A DNA stretch of 62,935 nt, the filler included, from Craspedostauros australis (lineage: Eukaryota), in NCBI GenBank assembly GCA_030167865.1. It is 9 parts of 9 records of this genome, joined end to end, with 100 filler letters (N's around TTAATTAATTAA, not from the genome) between each part and the next. Parts side by side here need not be neighbours in the genome. Positions count along the whole stretch, not along the records: positions 9,941 to 29,069 come from JALAGF010005621.1; positions 29,170 to 31,930 come from JALAGF010005622.1; positions 32,031 to 33,991 come from JALAGF010005624.1; positions 34,092 to 38,090 come from JALAGF010005625.1; 5 more parts are not named here. One strand, 5' to 3'. Of this stretch, positions 25,194-37,845 are shown one piece after another. The stretch's first letter is position 1. Every line of letters starts with the position of its first letter. The notes under the pieces were generated by a model. The model was not told where the DNA came from. It made no database searches and was given only the letters and a program-made list of their open reading frames with translations. The position numbers and the translations under genes were made by a program.

Positions 25194-25943
25194 TCACAGC
25201 ACGTTCGACATCACCGAATTGGCAGCATCCTTGGACATGGTGCTGTTGGTTGGGAGCACACTACGGAGCATCCAGCCTGTGGCGGTCTGACCACGAACTG
25301 CGAATGCGGTCTGTTGTTTGGACGATTCTGCCATAGTCACCACCAACGCGTAGAATGCATCCTCCGTTCCACCCGAAGGGTCAGCGCGGCTGCTGTTGCT
25401 GCCTGTGCTGCTCAATCTACCGGTATCATCGAACCTGGTGAACTTCCAACCAACGTGCTGATAGGTTTGGGTGCCGCAATTGCAAACCAGCATGATCGAC
25501 CAGGAGTATCCCGGGAACCAGGAATCCCTCGCGATCTTCTGCGATTGCGCCTCGGTGAAGTACACCTGCTGCCTCCCCACATTGCGCGTCAAAACAAGCT
25601 GGAACGGTAGCTCCTTCTCGGAAATGCGCTTGGGCTGACGGAACTGGTACAGCGGAACGGAAGCATCGCCGATCTTGACGTGCATGATCTTGTCGAGGGT
25701 ATCCGGCTGCGTCTCCTTGATTTCGGCGATGTACGCCGTGGGATCAAAGAGGCTCTGCAGATCAGCGACGCAGGACGCGGCGTCGCTGCAGCTGGCAGCA
25801 TCGGACACCTCGGTCTGGTGGAGGTTCCCAGTCACCTTGACCTCCACGTCTCGTCCACCGACGCCGGCGGCGAGCAGCAGAACAAGTGCGGCAGCGGCGA
25901 CGTAAAGACGAAGCGGAATCGACTTGCTCATCTTCGCCTTCAT
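25194..25943 (-). CDS. Secreted cereblon-like (CULT / thalidomide-binding domain) protein
   Basis: Hydrophobic signal (LYVAAAALVLLLAAGVGG); SWFPGYSW...CNC...HVGWKF CULT signature. Confidence 0.72.
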   Translation of the reverse strand: MKAKMSKSIPLRLYVAAAALVLLLAAGVGGRDVEVKVTGNLHQTEVSDAASCSDAASCVADLQSLFDPTAYIAEIKETQPDTLDKIMHVKIGDASVPLYQFRQPKRISEKELPFQLVLTRNVGRQQVYFTEAQSQKIARDSWFPGYSWSIMLVCNCGTQTYQHVGWKFTRFDDTGRLSSTGSNSSRADPSGGTEDAFYALVVTMAESSKQQTAFAVRGQTATGWMLRSVLPTNSTMSKDAANSVMSNVL

Positions 25944-26224
25944 GTTGATGATGCTGGTGCTGATGCTGATGATACTTGCGCACTTTGGCACTGGTGATGC
26001 TGGCGGGAGGGATGTCGTTGTGGAGGAAGAGGCAGCAAGTGGAGTATCTTTTTGGTTGTTCTGTGTTCTGTGCCTCTCCCAAAACTGGGCAACTCCGCGG
26101 CGAGGTGCAATCCACAATCCAAACAAGTTATTACGACCCCATTCAGGGTACGATCGTACGTTCCTGCCGATTTTTTATCGGATAACATTACTTTATTAGC
26201 ACACGGTGTAGCGTCTTGTGCATA

Positions 26225-27181
26225 GGATTAGATATATTTAGCTAGCTTCTACGACACAAGAACCTGGCTGACTTGTCATCGTCGTGGACGAGAATGATGA
26301 CGTCATTGACGGTCGATGTCAGGCTGCAATGGTATCGAACGGTGTGGATGGCGATGTTGTGGCAGATTCGGCGCCGCGTTGATTCCTCGCGTCGTTTTGG
26401 ATTTGGCTTGGCGAGGGGTTGCCTCCTTTGTTCGTGTTGTGTCATGGAGCACGGCGATGGTGGTGGCATCCCTACACGTCCACTTCCACGTCCACTTCCA
26501 CGTCCACTTCCACGTCCACTTCCACGTCCACTTCCACGTCCACTTCCACGTCCACTTCCACGTCCACTTCCACGTCCACTTCCACGTCCACTTCCATGTC
26601 CACTTCCACGTCCACGACAATAGCAACACTTGCGAATACTACACACCATAATAATATATATTGTAATACAATATGGTGTAATGGAGCACAGTGACTTCTC
26701 CTTTGGTCTGCAAAATAGAATTTGATTTAACACTTGTTATAGCATTGTTTGTAAAAACAAAGTNNNNNNNNNNNNNNNNNNNNNNNNNNNNNNNNNNNNN
26801 NNNNNNNNNNNNNTGGAGCACAGTGACTTCTCCTTTGGTCTGCAAAATAGAATTTGATTTAACACTTGTTATAGCATTGTTTGTAAAAACAAAGTCCCGC
26901 GAAACCTTTTTTGCTTCCCATGGACATGGGACAACGTGGTCATCTGCTGAGCTGTAGGCATGGTGCAGAAAGAGACTGGTGGTGGAAGTGTTGTTTTCCG
27001 TGTTGCTTCTTGTGTTGTGATTCGAGTGCGTGCAGGTTCATTGACACCGAAACAAAAAGCCAAGAGGAGAACAGATGAACAACAGACAGAAGCCAATGCT
27101 GGCTGTTGGCGATGACTAGCAGAGAGGAGGTCCAAACATGTGGGCAGGGAATAGACCTGAAGTGAGGACAAGGCCGTACTA
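26225..27181. repeat. Dispersed repeat, a diverged inverted homolog of ~36031-36715 (interior of the Harbinger-like element)
   Basis: Shared blocks in opposite orientation, e.g. tatttagctagc...atgacgtcattgacggtcgatg, ggacatgggaca and gcagggaatagacctgaag. Confidence 0.8.
26475..26616. repeat. 12-bp minisatellite (CACGTCCACTTC) ~12 copies
   Basis: Direct reading; one variant unit (CATGTC). Confidence 0.95.
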
Positions 27182-27338
27182 TCCGTTCATGACCTAGACA
27201 ATATAATACATCGTTTCTTGTTTTCAGTTTCAGTTCTTTTCATTTTTGACAACAACATCTGTGAACAATACCACTTTCTTTACATCTTTCGAAAGCTGTT
27301 GAGCACAGATTTCCAATGAATATGTTTAAGTTTAATGT

Positions 27339-28328
27339 GGTCGTTGAAGTGCAGCACGTCGACTGGGAAGCTGTAGGGCGAGCCATGACAACACTAGACT
27401 GGAATAAGCGCACGCTAACGTTCAAGCTGGTGACAGGCGAGGCGGCAGTCGGGCGTCGAATGTTGCAGTGGAAGCATCGCAACTCCGCCCAGTGCCCCAG
27501 CTGCACCAGCGAGGAGACGACGATGCACTTCTGGACATGCCGGTCGCCACCACGGGCGTCGATCGCGGACGGGCAGGTGGCCAAGCTCCGACAGTGGCTG
27601 CTGTCATACCCAACTCAGCCTGCGATGGTCCACGTGATGATGCAGGTGCTACTTAGCCAGATGCGAGGCACCCACTGCCTGGTCCCATTTAATGCAGGTG
27701 AGGAGCTGGCGGAAGCAGTGCGGCAACAGTCGTCTGCAGGCCCCCAGTCCATGCGACGCGGGATGCTGGCCATGCACTGGAGGCAGGCGCAATCTGCCTT
27801 CTTGCACGCGCAAGGCTCCAAGAAGTCGGCTTTGAAGTGGGCAGCACAAGTCACACGGCGCGTTTGGCATATCGCCTGGCAGCAATGGACCTCCCGAAAC
27901 GAGGATATGTTCCACAGCGAGACCTCGGCAGAAGGCGCAATGGAAGCCGAAGTCCGCGCCAGAACAGCCTCGCTCGAGGAACAGCTCCGGCAAACGCCTG
28001 GCCAATACGACCGCCAATTGTCCACCCGACCCTTGGACGACCTTCCGGTGGAAGCGCACCTAGTGTGGATAGAGCAAGCAGCAGCTCGGCTACGCACGGC
28101 AGTGGCCTCCGGGGCGCTGCTCAAGTGAATCAATCTCCGGGCCCGAAACAGCCGGAAGCCGTAATCCAGCCGCCGTCTCTCTCCCACCATACATGATACA
28201 AACGAAACTCAACACAACAACACAGATTCCGTGCCCTCTGCCCGCGTGGCGGGCAGTTGCAAAGGGGCGGAGAAAAGCGCCGTCGGCGCAGTCGATTAAG
28301 AGACTAATCATTGAGTTATTTATTTATT
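27339..28328 (+). mobile_element. 5'-truncated non-LTR retrotransposon (LINE) insertion encoding the ORF2 C-terminal zinc finger, with (TTAT)n tail and 18-bp TSD
   Basis: VDWEAVGRAM...CPSCTSEETTMHFWTC (CCHC finger), ORF ends 28128; flanks tatgtttaagtttaatgt (27321-27338) and tatgttttagtttaatgt (28329-28346) differ at one base. Confidence 0.82.
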
Positions 28329-29963
28329 TATGTTTTAGTTTAATGTTTCTTACTGCCATCTTATTGCTAATCAAGCCTGAAGTACTTGTGAATTAATTCT
28401 GCACCATGGGACTGAAGTGAAACTGTTCAGCAAGGCTCAAACTGTGAGGCTGGCAACGTCAAATCTGCTTTTCCACATCACACTTGCTGAAACTGCTGTT
28501 GTACTTCGCTTTCAGCAATTCCTTGCTTTCCTCTTCCAAGGTTGTCATCTCCTCTCGCGTCCTTTATGTCTTCATCACTTCCTTCCTTCAAGCATGCATG
28601 GGCGTGGCAACATCATCACTTGTGGTGTTCATCTTCATTTTGTCTTGGCTTTGCGACATCGCACCTTCCGCAAACTCAAACAATCATGGAGCTCACAATT
28701 TTATCGCACTCACAAAAATCATCATACTCGCACGATCACTGCACCCAAACTACCATGGTGCCATCTCCAAAACACACACCCAAGCCACCACTGTACCCTC
28801 AATCTTCCAGTCCCCACAAGGAAGCAACAGCAACGCCTAAATTGCATCCTGCTTCCAATCCTCCACAATTCCAAGCAGAGAGCATGCTTGCATATGACAT
28901 TGGTCACTCATCCATTGTATTCATCCACAAGTCTCTCATGTCTCCAACGAACAATGACAGCAAAAATCAAACAGCACATCTGCCGCCAATGCCCACCTAC
29001 TGTGATTTCTTGGAGAGTGGTCCACCCAACAGCCCCACCAATCCATGGGGTAGTGTCAACAGGGATGTGNNNNNNNNNNNNNNNNNNNNNNNNNNNNNNN
29101 NNNNNNNNNNNNNTTAATTAATTAANNNNNNNNNNNNNNNNNNNNNNNNNNNNNNNNNNNNNNNNNNNNATGAGCATCAAAATGTGAGGTACATGATGAG
29201 GCGAAGGCTGTCCTGAGACGAATGGCGAATGACAAGTGTGGATCGGATGATGATGACTGTGAAGGGTAATGCAATCATCCAATACACGATTGCATGTCAC
29301 ATGGGGCTGCAATGATGCATTCGTGACCATCATCAGGTACAAGCGAATACAGCCCTCACGTAATGACGAACAAAGAACCGAGGAGTGGAAATATTCCATT
29401 ACCACGAAGTACAAAAAGGATCGTGAGAGAACCCTCCGGTGATAATGGATGAAGCTGGTAACGAACCAGCGAAATGCAAGTGGTAAGGGATGTCTGCCTC
29501 AACACGAGACATCGTGTGAGAAATCGTGAGAACAACGGTTCAACCGTGAGAACAGTTGTGTCTCTTGTGTTTTGTGAAAAACACGAAGATGATGATCCGA
29601 CTGAGTGAAACGAGTCGGTAACGCCTGTGAATCAATGATGTCTATGCTGACGAAACTATTGGTAGAGGGCAGGAGATGGAATATCTGAGATGCATGATGA
29701 GATGCACCAATACTACAAGATGAGATGTACATGGAGTACATGCTGCATGACATGATGAAGCAGGAGGACAGCACTGCATGAGCAAGGGCAANNNNNNNNN
29801 NNNNNNNNNNNNNNNNNNNNNNNNNNNNNNNNNNNNNNNNNNNNNNNNNNNNNNNNNNNNNNNNNNNNNNNNNNNNNNNNNNNNNNNNNNNNNNNNNNNN
29901 NNNNNNNNNNNNNNNNNNNNNNNNNNNNNNNNNNNNNNNNNNNNNNNNNNNNNNNNNNNNNNN

Positions 29964-31930
29964 ACTACTACTAGAGACTGGGGTACCCCGGATTTCCAAC
30001 ACGTTTCGAAACGTTTATGATTGAAATCCAACGTTTCCACCACCACCAACACTAGCCAACATCACCATCATCGACATGACCACCATCTACACTCAAGACC
30101 ATCGCGAGTAATGATCCCCTGTGTGAAGAGAGAGGAGAGCAAGCCGCTCTGCAGCATGATGCTCCTTGCCAATGGATGCCAAGATCGGCATGGTAACCCC
30201 CACACGAACGACGATGTCAAGACGATGATGATGATCGAATCGAGCACCACCGCNAGTCCACCAGCAGAGTGGAGACCGCAGCTGAGGCAAGTACAGACAC
30301 TACATGTATTGCTGGAAGCAAGGAGGCGCTCGGAACACACGCATTGGAAGAACTGTCCATGGTCATGGGACCATGAAGTCAAGGAAGGCATGGAGACCTT
30401 CACGGCTGTGTTGGAGTACGAGAGCAAGCTGTACGCAAGAAGAGATTCGGACACAGCAGACCACGCTCTCGGATGCATCAGATTCAGCAGACTGCGCCAT
30501 GAGGGCGAGATAGCTGAAGGAGCTCAACGAGATGCAATTGAGGAAGCAATGAGAGCTTCCTACCTACCCTGCAAGAATGGAGCTGCCTCATCAGCATTCG
30601 GTCAATATGGAAGCCGAGATGGACGAGGAGCAACACGGATCGCTGATGCCGAACGTCTGTGCGCATGGCGCGCGCGACGCAATCGAGCATGCAGGCAGGG
30701 ATGATACGATGAAGAGAGATCAAGATCTACGCAGGAATGGGCATGGCCCATGATCGCGATCACATCAAGAGTGACGCGAGGAGCAGCAATGGAAAGCATC
30801 GAGATGATCACGTGGCATCGATTGTCATCGTGTGATACATGCTCGAGTACTGGCTGCGATTCCTACTGTGAGATGATCGAGGAGGTAAGAATGCAATCTA
30901 CCAGCCATGAATTGGCAACAACAACGAGAACAGCAACACAGGAAGTGTGTGCTTCGACGAGAAGGGAAAGCGCTGGAACAAGCTGGACGGGAGGTCCTTC
31001 TGCGCTTCGATCCCAGGCTTAATACGAATGACGAGGAACAAGAGGTGTCCTCGCCATCGGAGAAGACGATGATTTCAGACACCCGCAGAGCTATGAGCCT
31101 CATCTACGACCGCCACCGTATCAAACACGGTTATAAGTGCGCACGAGGCAACGGCATTGAGAGAGTGAGAGAGAGATGACACTGACAACGGATCGGTCGG
31201 TTCAGGAGCAGATGTCCTAACCGCGATGCCCACGATAGTGAGATGAAGGAAGCTTGGTCGGCCAAGGTCGTGACAGACGGGATGGATGACATCGCTCTCA
31301 TCACAAACGACGAGCCGATGCCCATGTCCATCAACGAAAATGTGGTCGGCATCAAAAATGTGACCAACACGAAATTCGTGGCCATCACCGAAATCGCGAA
31401 CAACGACCAAAATGTGACCATGTGAAACTACACGATGATGCGCGACGACAACACGATCACGAACAACATGGCACTTGTAACAATCAACAATGCTGAGGTT
31501 TCCGACTTCGACAGCGGAACACCAGTCAATGACTACGAGTGGACCAGGGAGGAGATAGCTGAGTACACTCCAGGAGTGTATAGCTACTACGGGTCTACGA
31601 ACGATCACGATGGAGTGGATCAACAGACAACCCTTTTCATCCGAGAATGAAGAGGAAGACGGCAACGCCAACTACAATGAAGGCGAAACGAGTGATGAGG
31701 AGCGCAGAGGACTGCACATGAATGCAGGTCCGATCTGCCTCTTGGCTCGATACTCGTTGAGCAGCATGGCGTCTGCCACCAATGTGCGCGTCGAGCTTTC
31801 GATGATCTGCTACGAAGCGATCGACGAATTCGAGAGTCGACTGTGCAGATGAGTGCACCCACACGGGTTGCACTACATGATGCATGAGATTGGCGTGCGG
31901 AGCGCACTCGACGTGGCTCGCAATGTGTAC
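29964..31930 (+). mobile_element. Probable highly degenerate LTR retrotransposon relic
   Basis: Broken ORF fragments with gag-like, Cys/His knuckle-like (HRLSSCDTCSSTGC) and acidic segments; no intact diagnostic motif. Confidence 0.3.
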
Positions 31931-32030
31931 NNNNNNNNNNNNNNNNNNNNNNNNNNNNNNNNNNNNNNNNNNNNTTAATTAATTAANNNNNNNNNNNNNN
32001 NNNNNNNNNNNNNNNNNNNNNNNNNNNNNN

Positions 32031-33910
32031 AGAGAAGGTCAGGAAGACCACGCCCCAGAAGTTCCAAGGAGAGAACATCCAAGCCATGGCTGACGCTCTT
32101 CGCATCATGTGCAAAGAACTTCAAGACGCCGATCAGTTCGAAATCTCGCTTCTCCGTACCATGACAGACAACTTCTTCATGGCAGGAGGAAGAACCACGT
32201 CAGGAGAACGNNNNNNNNNNNNNNNNNNNNNNNNNNNNNNNNNNNNNNNNNNNNNNNNNNNNNNNNNNNNNNNNNNNNNNNNNNNNNNNNNNNNNNNNNN
32301 NNNNNNNNNNNNNGACCTCACCTGGATGGACATCTGCAGCGTAGCTGAGGATGCCTATCTCGACGAGCTGCAAGGCAACTCCTGGCACGCCAACAGGCAC
32401 TCTCGTGATCGAAACACCCCTCGCATGCATGCAAACCACACCTCAACTACGAAGGAAGCCCGTCTTCTGGAACAGCACAAAGGAGGCAAGCGACAGGGTG
32501 CTAAGAACAAGTCAACCACGAAGAGAGCACAACCAAAGAAGGACCCNTGGATCACNACGCCCCCAAGGAAGGGTGAGCCACAACAGAAGCTCATGAACGA
32601 CAAGACCTTCCACTGGTGTGCGAAGTGCCGCCACTGGCGCATCTCCCACGGCACAGCTGGCCACATCGACGACTTCCAGCGAAANGCCAAAAGCCCACAG
32701 CTCGAAATCGACCATGCTGCCTGGACCTGCCTGTCCGCGGAAGCACACGTGAGCGAGCTTGCCTGGTGGACAGCCGTGTGGGATGTCTTCACCTCCTTCG
32801 ACACCATCAACATCTTGACAGGATCCTTTCTCGCCCTTTGCTCAGTGCAAATCGCCGTACTCGGCATCGAGTGTGGCTGGTACGTGATGAGCACTATGAT
32901 GTGGATGACAACGGCCATTGTGCTATTCGCCCTCCACACCAGTGTCCCACGGCATTACCAACCCACCTCAACTCGAACAAACAATGCAGCCAACGTCTGG
33001 AAGAAGAAACAACGAAAGCGTTTTAAAACTCACCAACGCTTCTACCACCATCCAGCCAAGCCAGCAGACAGTCTGTACGACTCTGTGTTTGGCAACGACG
33101 ACTTCAAACATTTCCTCCATGACAAACGCACCACCATCGCAAAATTCGACGCTCCACGTGCGAACCACCGAAACCGAAACAAAACTCGACGGGTTCGCCG
33201 ATGCAAAGGTACAANNNNNNNNNNNNNNNNNNNNNNNNNNNNNNNNNNNNNNNNNNNNNNNNNNNNNNNNNNNNNNNNNNNNNNNNNNNNNNNNNNNNNN
33301 NNNNNNNNNNNNNNNNNNNNNNNNNNNNNNNNNNNNNNNNNNNNNNNNNNNNNNNNNNNNNNNNNNNNNNNNNNNNCACAAGGTAGAGGAGGTCATCCCA
33401 AGTGGTGGCTCCTTCGATGTAGTGTGGGACACCGGTGCCTCCATCTGTGTCACCAATGACGTGAACGATTTTGTGGGCCCCACCTCTGCACCAACAACAC
33501 CGACCTTCCTTAACGGGTTCTTGCGTCGCACCAAAGTCAAGACGAAGGGTATAGTAGAGTGGTCGATCCTCGACACCAACGGCAAGCCACGATCCTTGCG
33601 TCTCCCGGCCTTCTACGTACCTGGATCATCCGTCAAACTCATCAGCACCACAAGCCTCCTCCATCAGTACAAAGGAGAGAACATCATCGTGGAAGCNNNN
33701 NNNNNNNNNNTGAGCGGTATCCCAGGAAACGAAGAACGAGGATCCATCATCGCCCACAACCGGAAAGCAAATCGTCTTCCCACATCACGTGCCTACCGCA
33801 CAGGCGACCTCTCCGACGTGCCAGCCGTGCTCACAACAACCATCACTTCTGTGGCGCAACACAACCAAAACCTGAGCCAACCACAGAAGGAACTCCTCAA
33901 GTGGCACTAT
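32031..33910 (+). mobile_element. Ty1/copia (diatom CoDi-like) gag-protease-pre-integrase fragment
   Basis: PPRKGEP...FHWCAKCRHWRISHGTAGH gag motif; aspartic protease VVWDTGASICVT; FYVPGSSVKLIS; QNLSQPQKELLKWHY. Confidence 0.82.
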
Positions 33911-34977
33911 GTCAGGAATCGGGGGTACGCTTTTACCAAGATACCCATGATTGCCGCACCTCCCAATAATATCTTCACAACTCGACGAGGTNNNNNNNNN
34001 NNNNNNNNNNNNNNNNNNNNNNNNNNNNNNNNNNNTTAATTAATTAANNNNNNNNNNNNNNNNNNNNNNNNNNNNNNNNNNNNNNNNNNNNCCCCCCAAC
34101 ACCTCCGGTCACGTGAAAAACCTGCACAAATATCATTCTGTTTACGACGCCTAAACACAGCAAGATCGATATTTCGCAAAATCAACTTCGCAAAACGGAA
34201 TGGTGTCTCCCATCCGTGGTACTTCCTCTTTTCGATTGCCGATTCGTAGTATCCCGGGGCTCCGCCTTAGCTAGTCCCAAATTAGTGACGTGTCAGAGAG
34301 GGAAATTGATTAATCATGAGCAAGTACTGTGAGAGCCTCTGGTTTTAGCAGTTTGGGCAGCATTGGGAAAGTCGACTGGCGTGAGTTTCATTTTAGCGAA
34401 TTGAGAATTTTTTTTGCGAATCAGACTCATGACCAAACAAGGAACACAGTGCAAGTTACACGGTACGATCCAGTCCCACAAATAAACCTCTATACTCATT
34501 TGATTAGCTCTTACGTAGTATCGCGTTAAAATGACAAGGTAAAAACAATTGTAACGGAGAATCTCCAATTGTTATGTTGGTTTTTGTGCATAGCGACCAC
34601 CATGTGTACCTGTTGAAAGGTCTGGACTTTGTATGAACGATCTGTTTACCATTTGTGAACATAGGCTCTATACGCGTGGAAAATACTATGATAGAGTGAG
34701 ATGAGAGGGCACCCAGATGGCATGAGAGAGTGATCAGGGACACCCGGCAAGTCCATTGAAACGTAAGTCGTTTGACTCATTTGACCACAGAGATGAATCG
34801 AGGCTGTTTAATCGAATTAGTCTTACCTCCACAATCTGTGTCGTTGCATTCGCTGAAAATGACCAGTAAATGTCGTGTCGTTAAGTATCATATTTAACGA
34901 GATCGTCTACTGGTATCCAATGACCGCCGTTGTGACTCTTGTTGTTTAAGTCACGAATCAATCTGATGCACAACTGA

Positions 34978-35170
34978 AAGTGCATTTAATGCACTCCAAA
35001 TGCATTTAATGCACTTCAATTGCATTTAATGCACTCCATTTGCATTTAATGCACTTCAAATACATTTTTTGAACTCCAAGTGCATTTAATGCACTTCAAG
35101 TGCATTTTTTGAACTCCAAGTGCATTTAATGCACTGCAAATGCATTTTTTGCACACCAAATGCATTTTTT
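34978..35170. repeat. Subterminal array of 20-21-bp quasi-palindromic units (AARTGCATTTAATGCACTYC)
   Basis: Direct reading; core TGCATT-T-AATGCA hairpin. Confidence 0.9.
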
Positions 35171-35220
35171 GGTGGAAGCACACAGGTCGCGGGACTCGCT
35201 TGAGCTGTTTGTGTGTGGGT

Positions 35221-35442
35221 TGGCGATTGGTGTGCAGGCCCCAAGAACAGGATTATTCGCGAAAAGATGGCGCGAAGTTCAAGAGCCGCGCTCGTTGCCG
35301 ACACGAGCGCTTGAACTGCCGAATCAAGAACTTGAAGACCATGGGCGACACTGTTCGCCATGGCCACCAGTGCCATGTGCAACCATTCGAGGCTCTGTGT
35401 GTGATTCTCCAACACCAAATGGACAACGGACTCGAGTTGTAA
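35221..35442 (+). pseudogene. DDE_Tnp_4 (Harbinger/ISL2EU-like) transposase C-terminal relic
   Basis: KFKSRARCRHERLNCRIKNLKTMGDTVRHGHQCHVQPFEALCVILQHQMDNG resembles the 'R.R.RHE..N.R.K.F..L...FRH...H...F.A' C-terminus of this family. Confidence 0.7.
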
Positions 35443-37649
35443 GCTGTATGGACCCAGCGTGAGCACAAGACCCATTCAGGATACAATTTTAACTTCGTTA
35501 TGATACAATATTTCAGCACTGAATTCATCCTGTTATGATTTATTGAGTGTGCGTGAAGTTATAGACTCCTGAGCCTTATAGTTACAAAGTTATTTTTTCT
35601 CATTAGCCTTTGCCTAGTAGCGTTAAGCGTGCGGACGGTGCAGAGCAAATGGGGTTCGGAATCGTCAGTCGTGTTTCGACATGCTGTCCAGTCGTGTCTA
35701 TCATCGACACACTCACATTTCACGTGGGTGAGGCGGTTACTTGTAACAAAATGTTGAGGATTGCGTGGTGGCGGTGGGCATGCCGAGGCTGCTGCTTTGT
35801 CTGGGCTTTGGATCAATGGAACCCATGTGGAGAAAAATACATATGGTGGTGAGCAGGTTGCAGGCTCCATGCTACCCAAGGATGGTACACCCCAATTCAA
35901 CCTTTGCCCTCACCCTTAACTTGACCTGCATCATGCCTTGTTCTTGGTCTGCTGCTGTTCATGGCCCAGGACGTTCAGCTTTGTCCACATCTCAATCAGC
36001 ACATGCTGCCTTCCCTCCATATACCTACTCTATAGTACATCCTCGTCCTTGCTTCAGGTCTATTCCCTGCCTGTGTGTTTGGACCTCCTCTCTGCTCGTC
36101 GTTGCCAATGGCCATCATTGGCCTCTAACTGTTGCTCATCTGCTCCCCCTCTCTACTTCTTGTTTCAGTGGTATTGTATCCACAAGCGCTTGAATCACGA
36201 TGCAAGAAACAACAAGGATAACAACACTACTGTCACCAGTCTCTTTCTGCACCATGTCAACAGCTCAGCAGATGATCATGGTGTCCCATGTCCAAGGGGA
36301 ACAAAGCAGGTTGTGCAGGGCTTTGTCGAACATTCACAAACTAAGCCAAATATTATTTAGTATTGTATTTTGTTGTGCATAGCAAAGGATAAGTCACTGC
36401 CCTCCATTACGTTACATAATATTATGTTGTGTAGCATTCACACGTGTGGCTGGTGTGGCCGACATGTAGGGATGGCACCACCAATGCTTTGCTGCTTGAC
36501 ACAANNNNGGCAGGAGGAAACACCCAAAGGAGCCAAATCACCAACAGCGTGAGCAACCGACATGGCACTGGACCTGTCACGACATCACCATCCACACCAT
36601 TGAATACAATATCGGTCTGTCATCGACCGTCAATGACGTCATGCTTTTTTCCGCGTTGAGGACAAGCCAGCCAGTATTTGTGTCGTAGACGCTAGCTAAA
36701 TATGTATAAACCTAGTTGACAACACGGTACATAGCCATCTAAGAAAGTAGAGTTGTCCGATTATGTATCTTCAGGAAAACATGACGGTACCCAGCATGGG
36801 GCTTACAGAAAACACGATGGTACCCAGCACGGGGCTTGCAAGAACCACTGAATNNNNNNNNNNNNNNNNNNNNNNNNNNNNNNNNNNNNNNNNNNNNNNN
36901 NNNCAGCAGATGATCATGGTGTCCCATGTCCAAGGGGAACAAAGCAGGTTGTGCAGGGCTTTGTCGAACATTCACAAACTAAGCCAAGTATTATTTAGTA
37001 TTGTATTTTGTTGTGCATAGCAAAGGATAAGTCACTGCCCTCCATTACATTACATAATATTATGTTGTGTAGCATTCACACGTGTGGCTGGTGTGGCCAA
37101 CATGTAGGGATGGCACCACCAATGCTTTGCTGCTTGACACAAAACTGGCAGGAGGAAACACCCAAAGGAGCCAAATCACCAACAGCGTGAGCAACCGACA
37201 TGGCACTGGACCTGTCACGACATCACCATCCACACCATTGAATACAATTTCGGTCTGTCATCGACCGTCAATGACGTCATGCTTATTGTCCGCGTTGAGG
37301 ACAAGCCAGCCAGTATTTGTGTCGTAGACGCTAGCTAAATATGTATAACAATATTTGACAACACGTTACATTGTTTGCTAAGAAAGTAGTGTTGTCCGAT
37401 TATGTATCTTCAGGAAAACATGACGGTACCCAGCATGGGGCTTACAGAAAACACGATGGTACCCAGCACCGGGCTTGCAAGAACCACTGAATTGGCAGCA
37501 AGAGAATTGTTCTTGCTCGCCACGACCACCTTCCGCTTGTGAAACAGTACGTCTGGCTCATGCAACCACCAGTTTTGCGCCCAGCGGTTGGATGTGGCGA
37601 GTTGATGCCAGGAGGATCCATTCACGAATTGTTCACAGCAAAACCGATG

Positions 37650-37845
37650 AAGTGCATTTAATGCACTTCAAGTGCATTTTTTGCACTCCAAATGCATTTA
37701 ATGCACTTCAAATGCATTTTTTGAACCCCAAGTGCATTTAATGCACTTCAAGTGCATTTTTTGAACCCCAAATGCATTTAATGCACTTCAAATGCATTTT
37801 TTGAACCCCAAGTGCATTAAATGCACTCCAAATGCATTAAATGCA
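37650..37845. repeat. Second subterminal array of the same 20-21-bp units
   Basis: Same units, same orientation as 34978-35170. Confidence 0.9.

Noticed and set aside
15940..25943. FKBP, cyclophilin and cereblon-like genes as a functional 'drug-receptor' cluster
   Set aside because: Predicted to three different compartments and unrelated folds; no shared regulatory evidence
26242..26733. ORFs with GRGS, WKWT, HVHF or PRPL repeats
   Set aside because: Six-frame readthrough of the 12-bp minisatellite inside a dispersed repeat
28400..29069. Possible Mutator-like transposase remnant on the minus strand
   Set aside because: Only vague similarity (DHSPRNH..., WMSD) amid many stops; not supportable without an HMM search
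34978..35170. Regular palindromic repeats resembling a CRISPR array
   Set aside because: Units are contiguous with no unique spacers, there are no cas genes, the context is eukaryotic, and the array sits inside a DNA transposon
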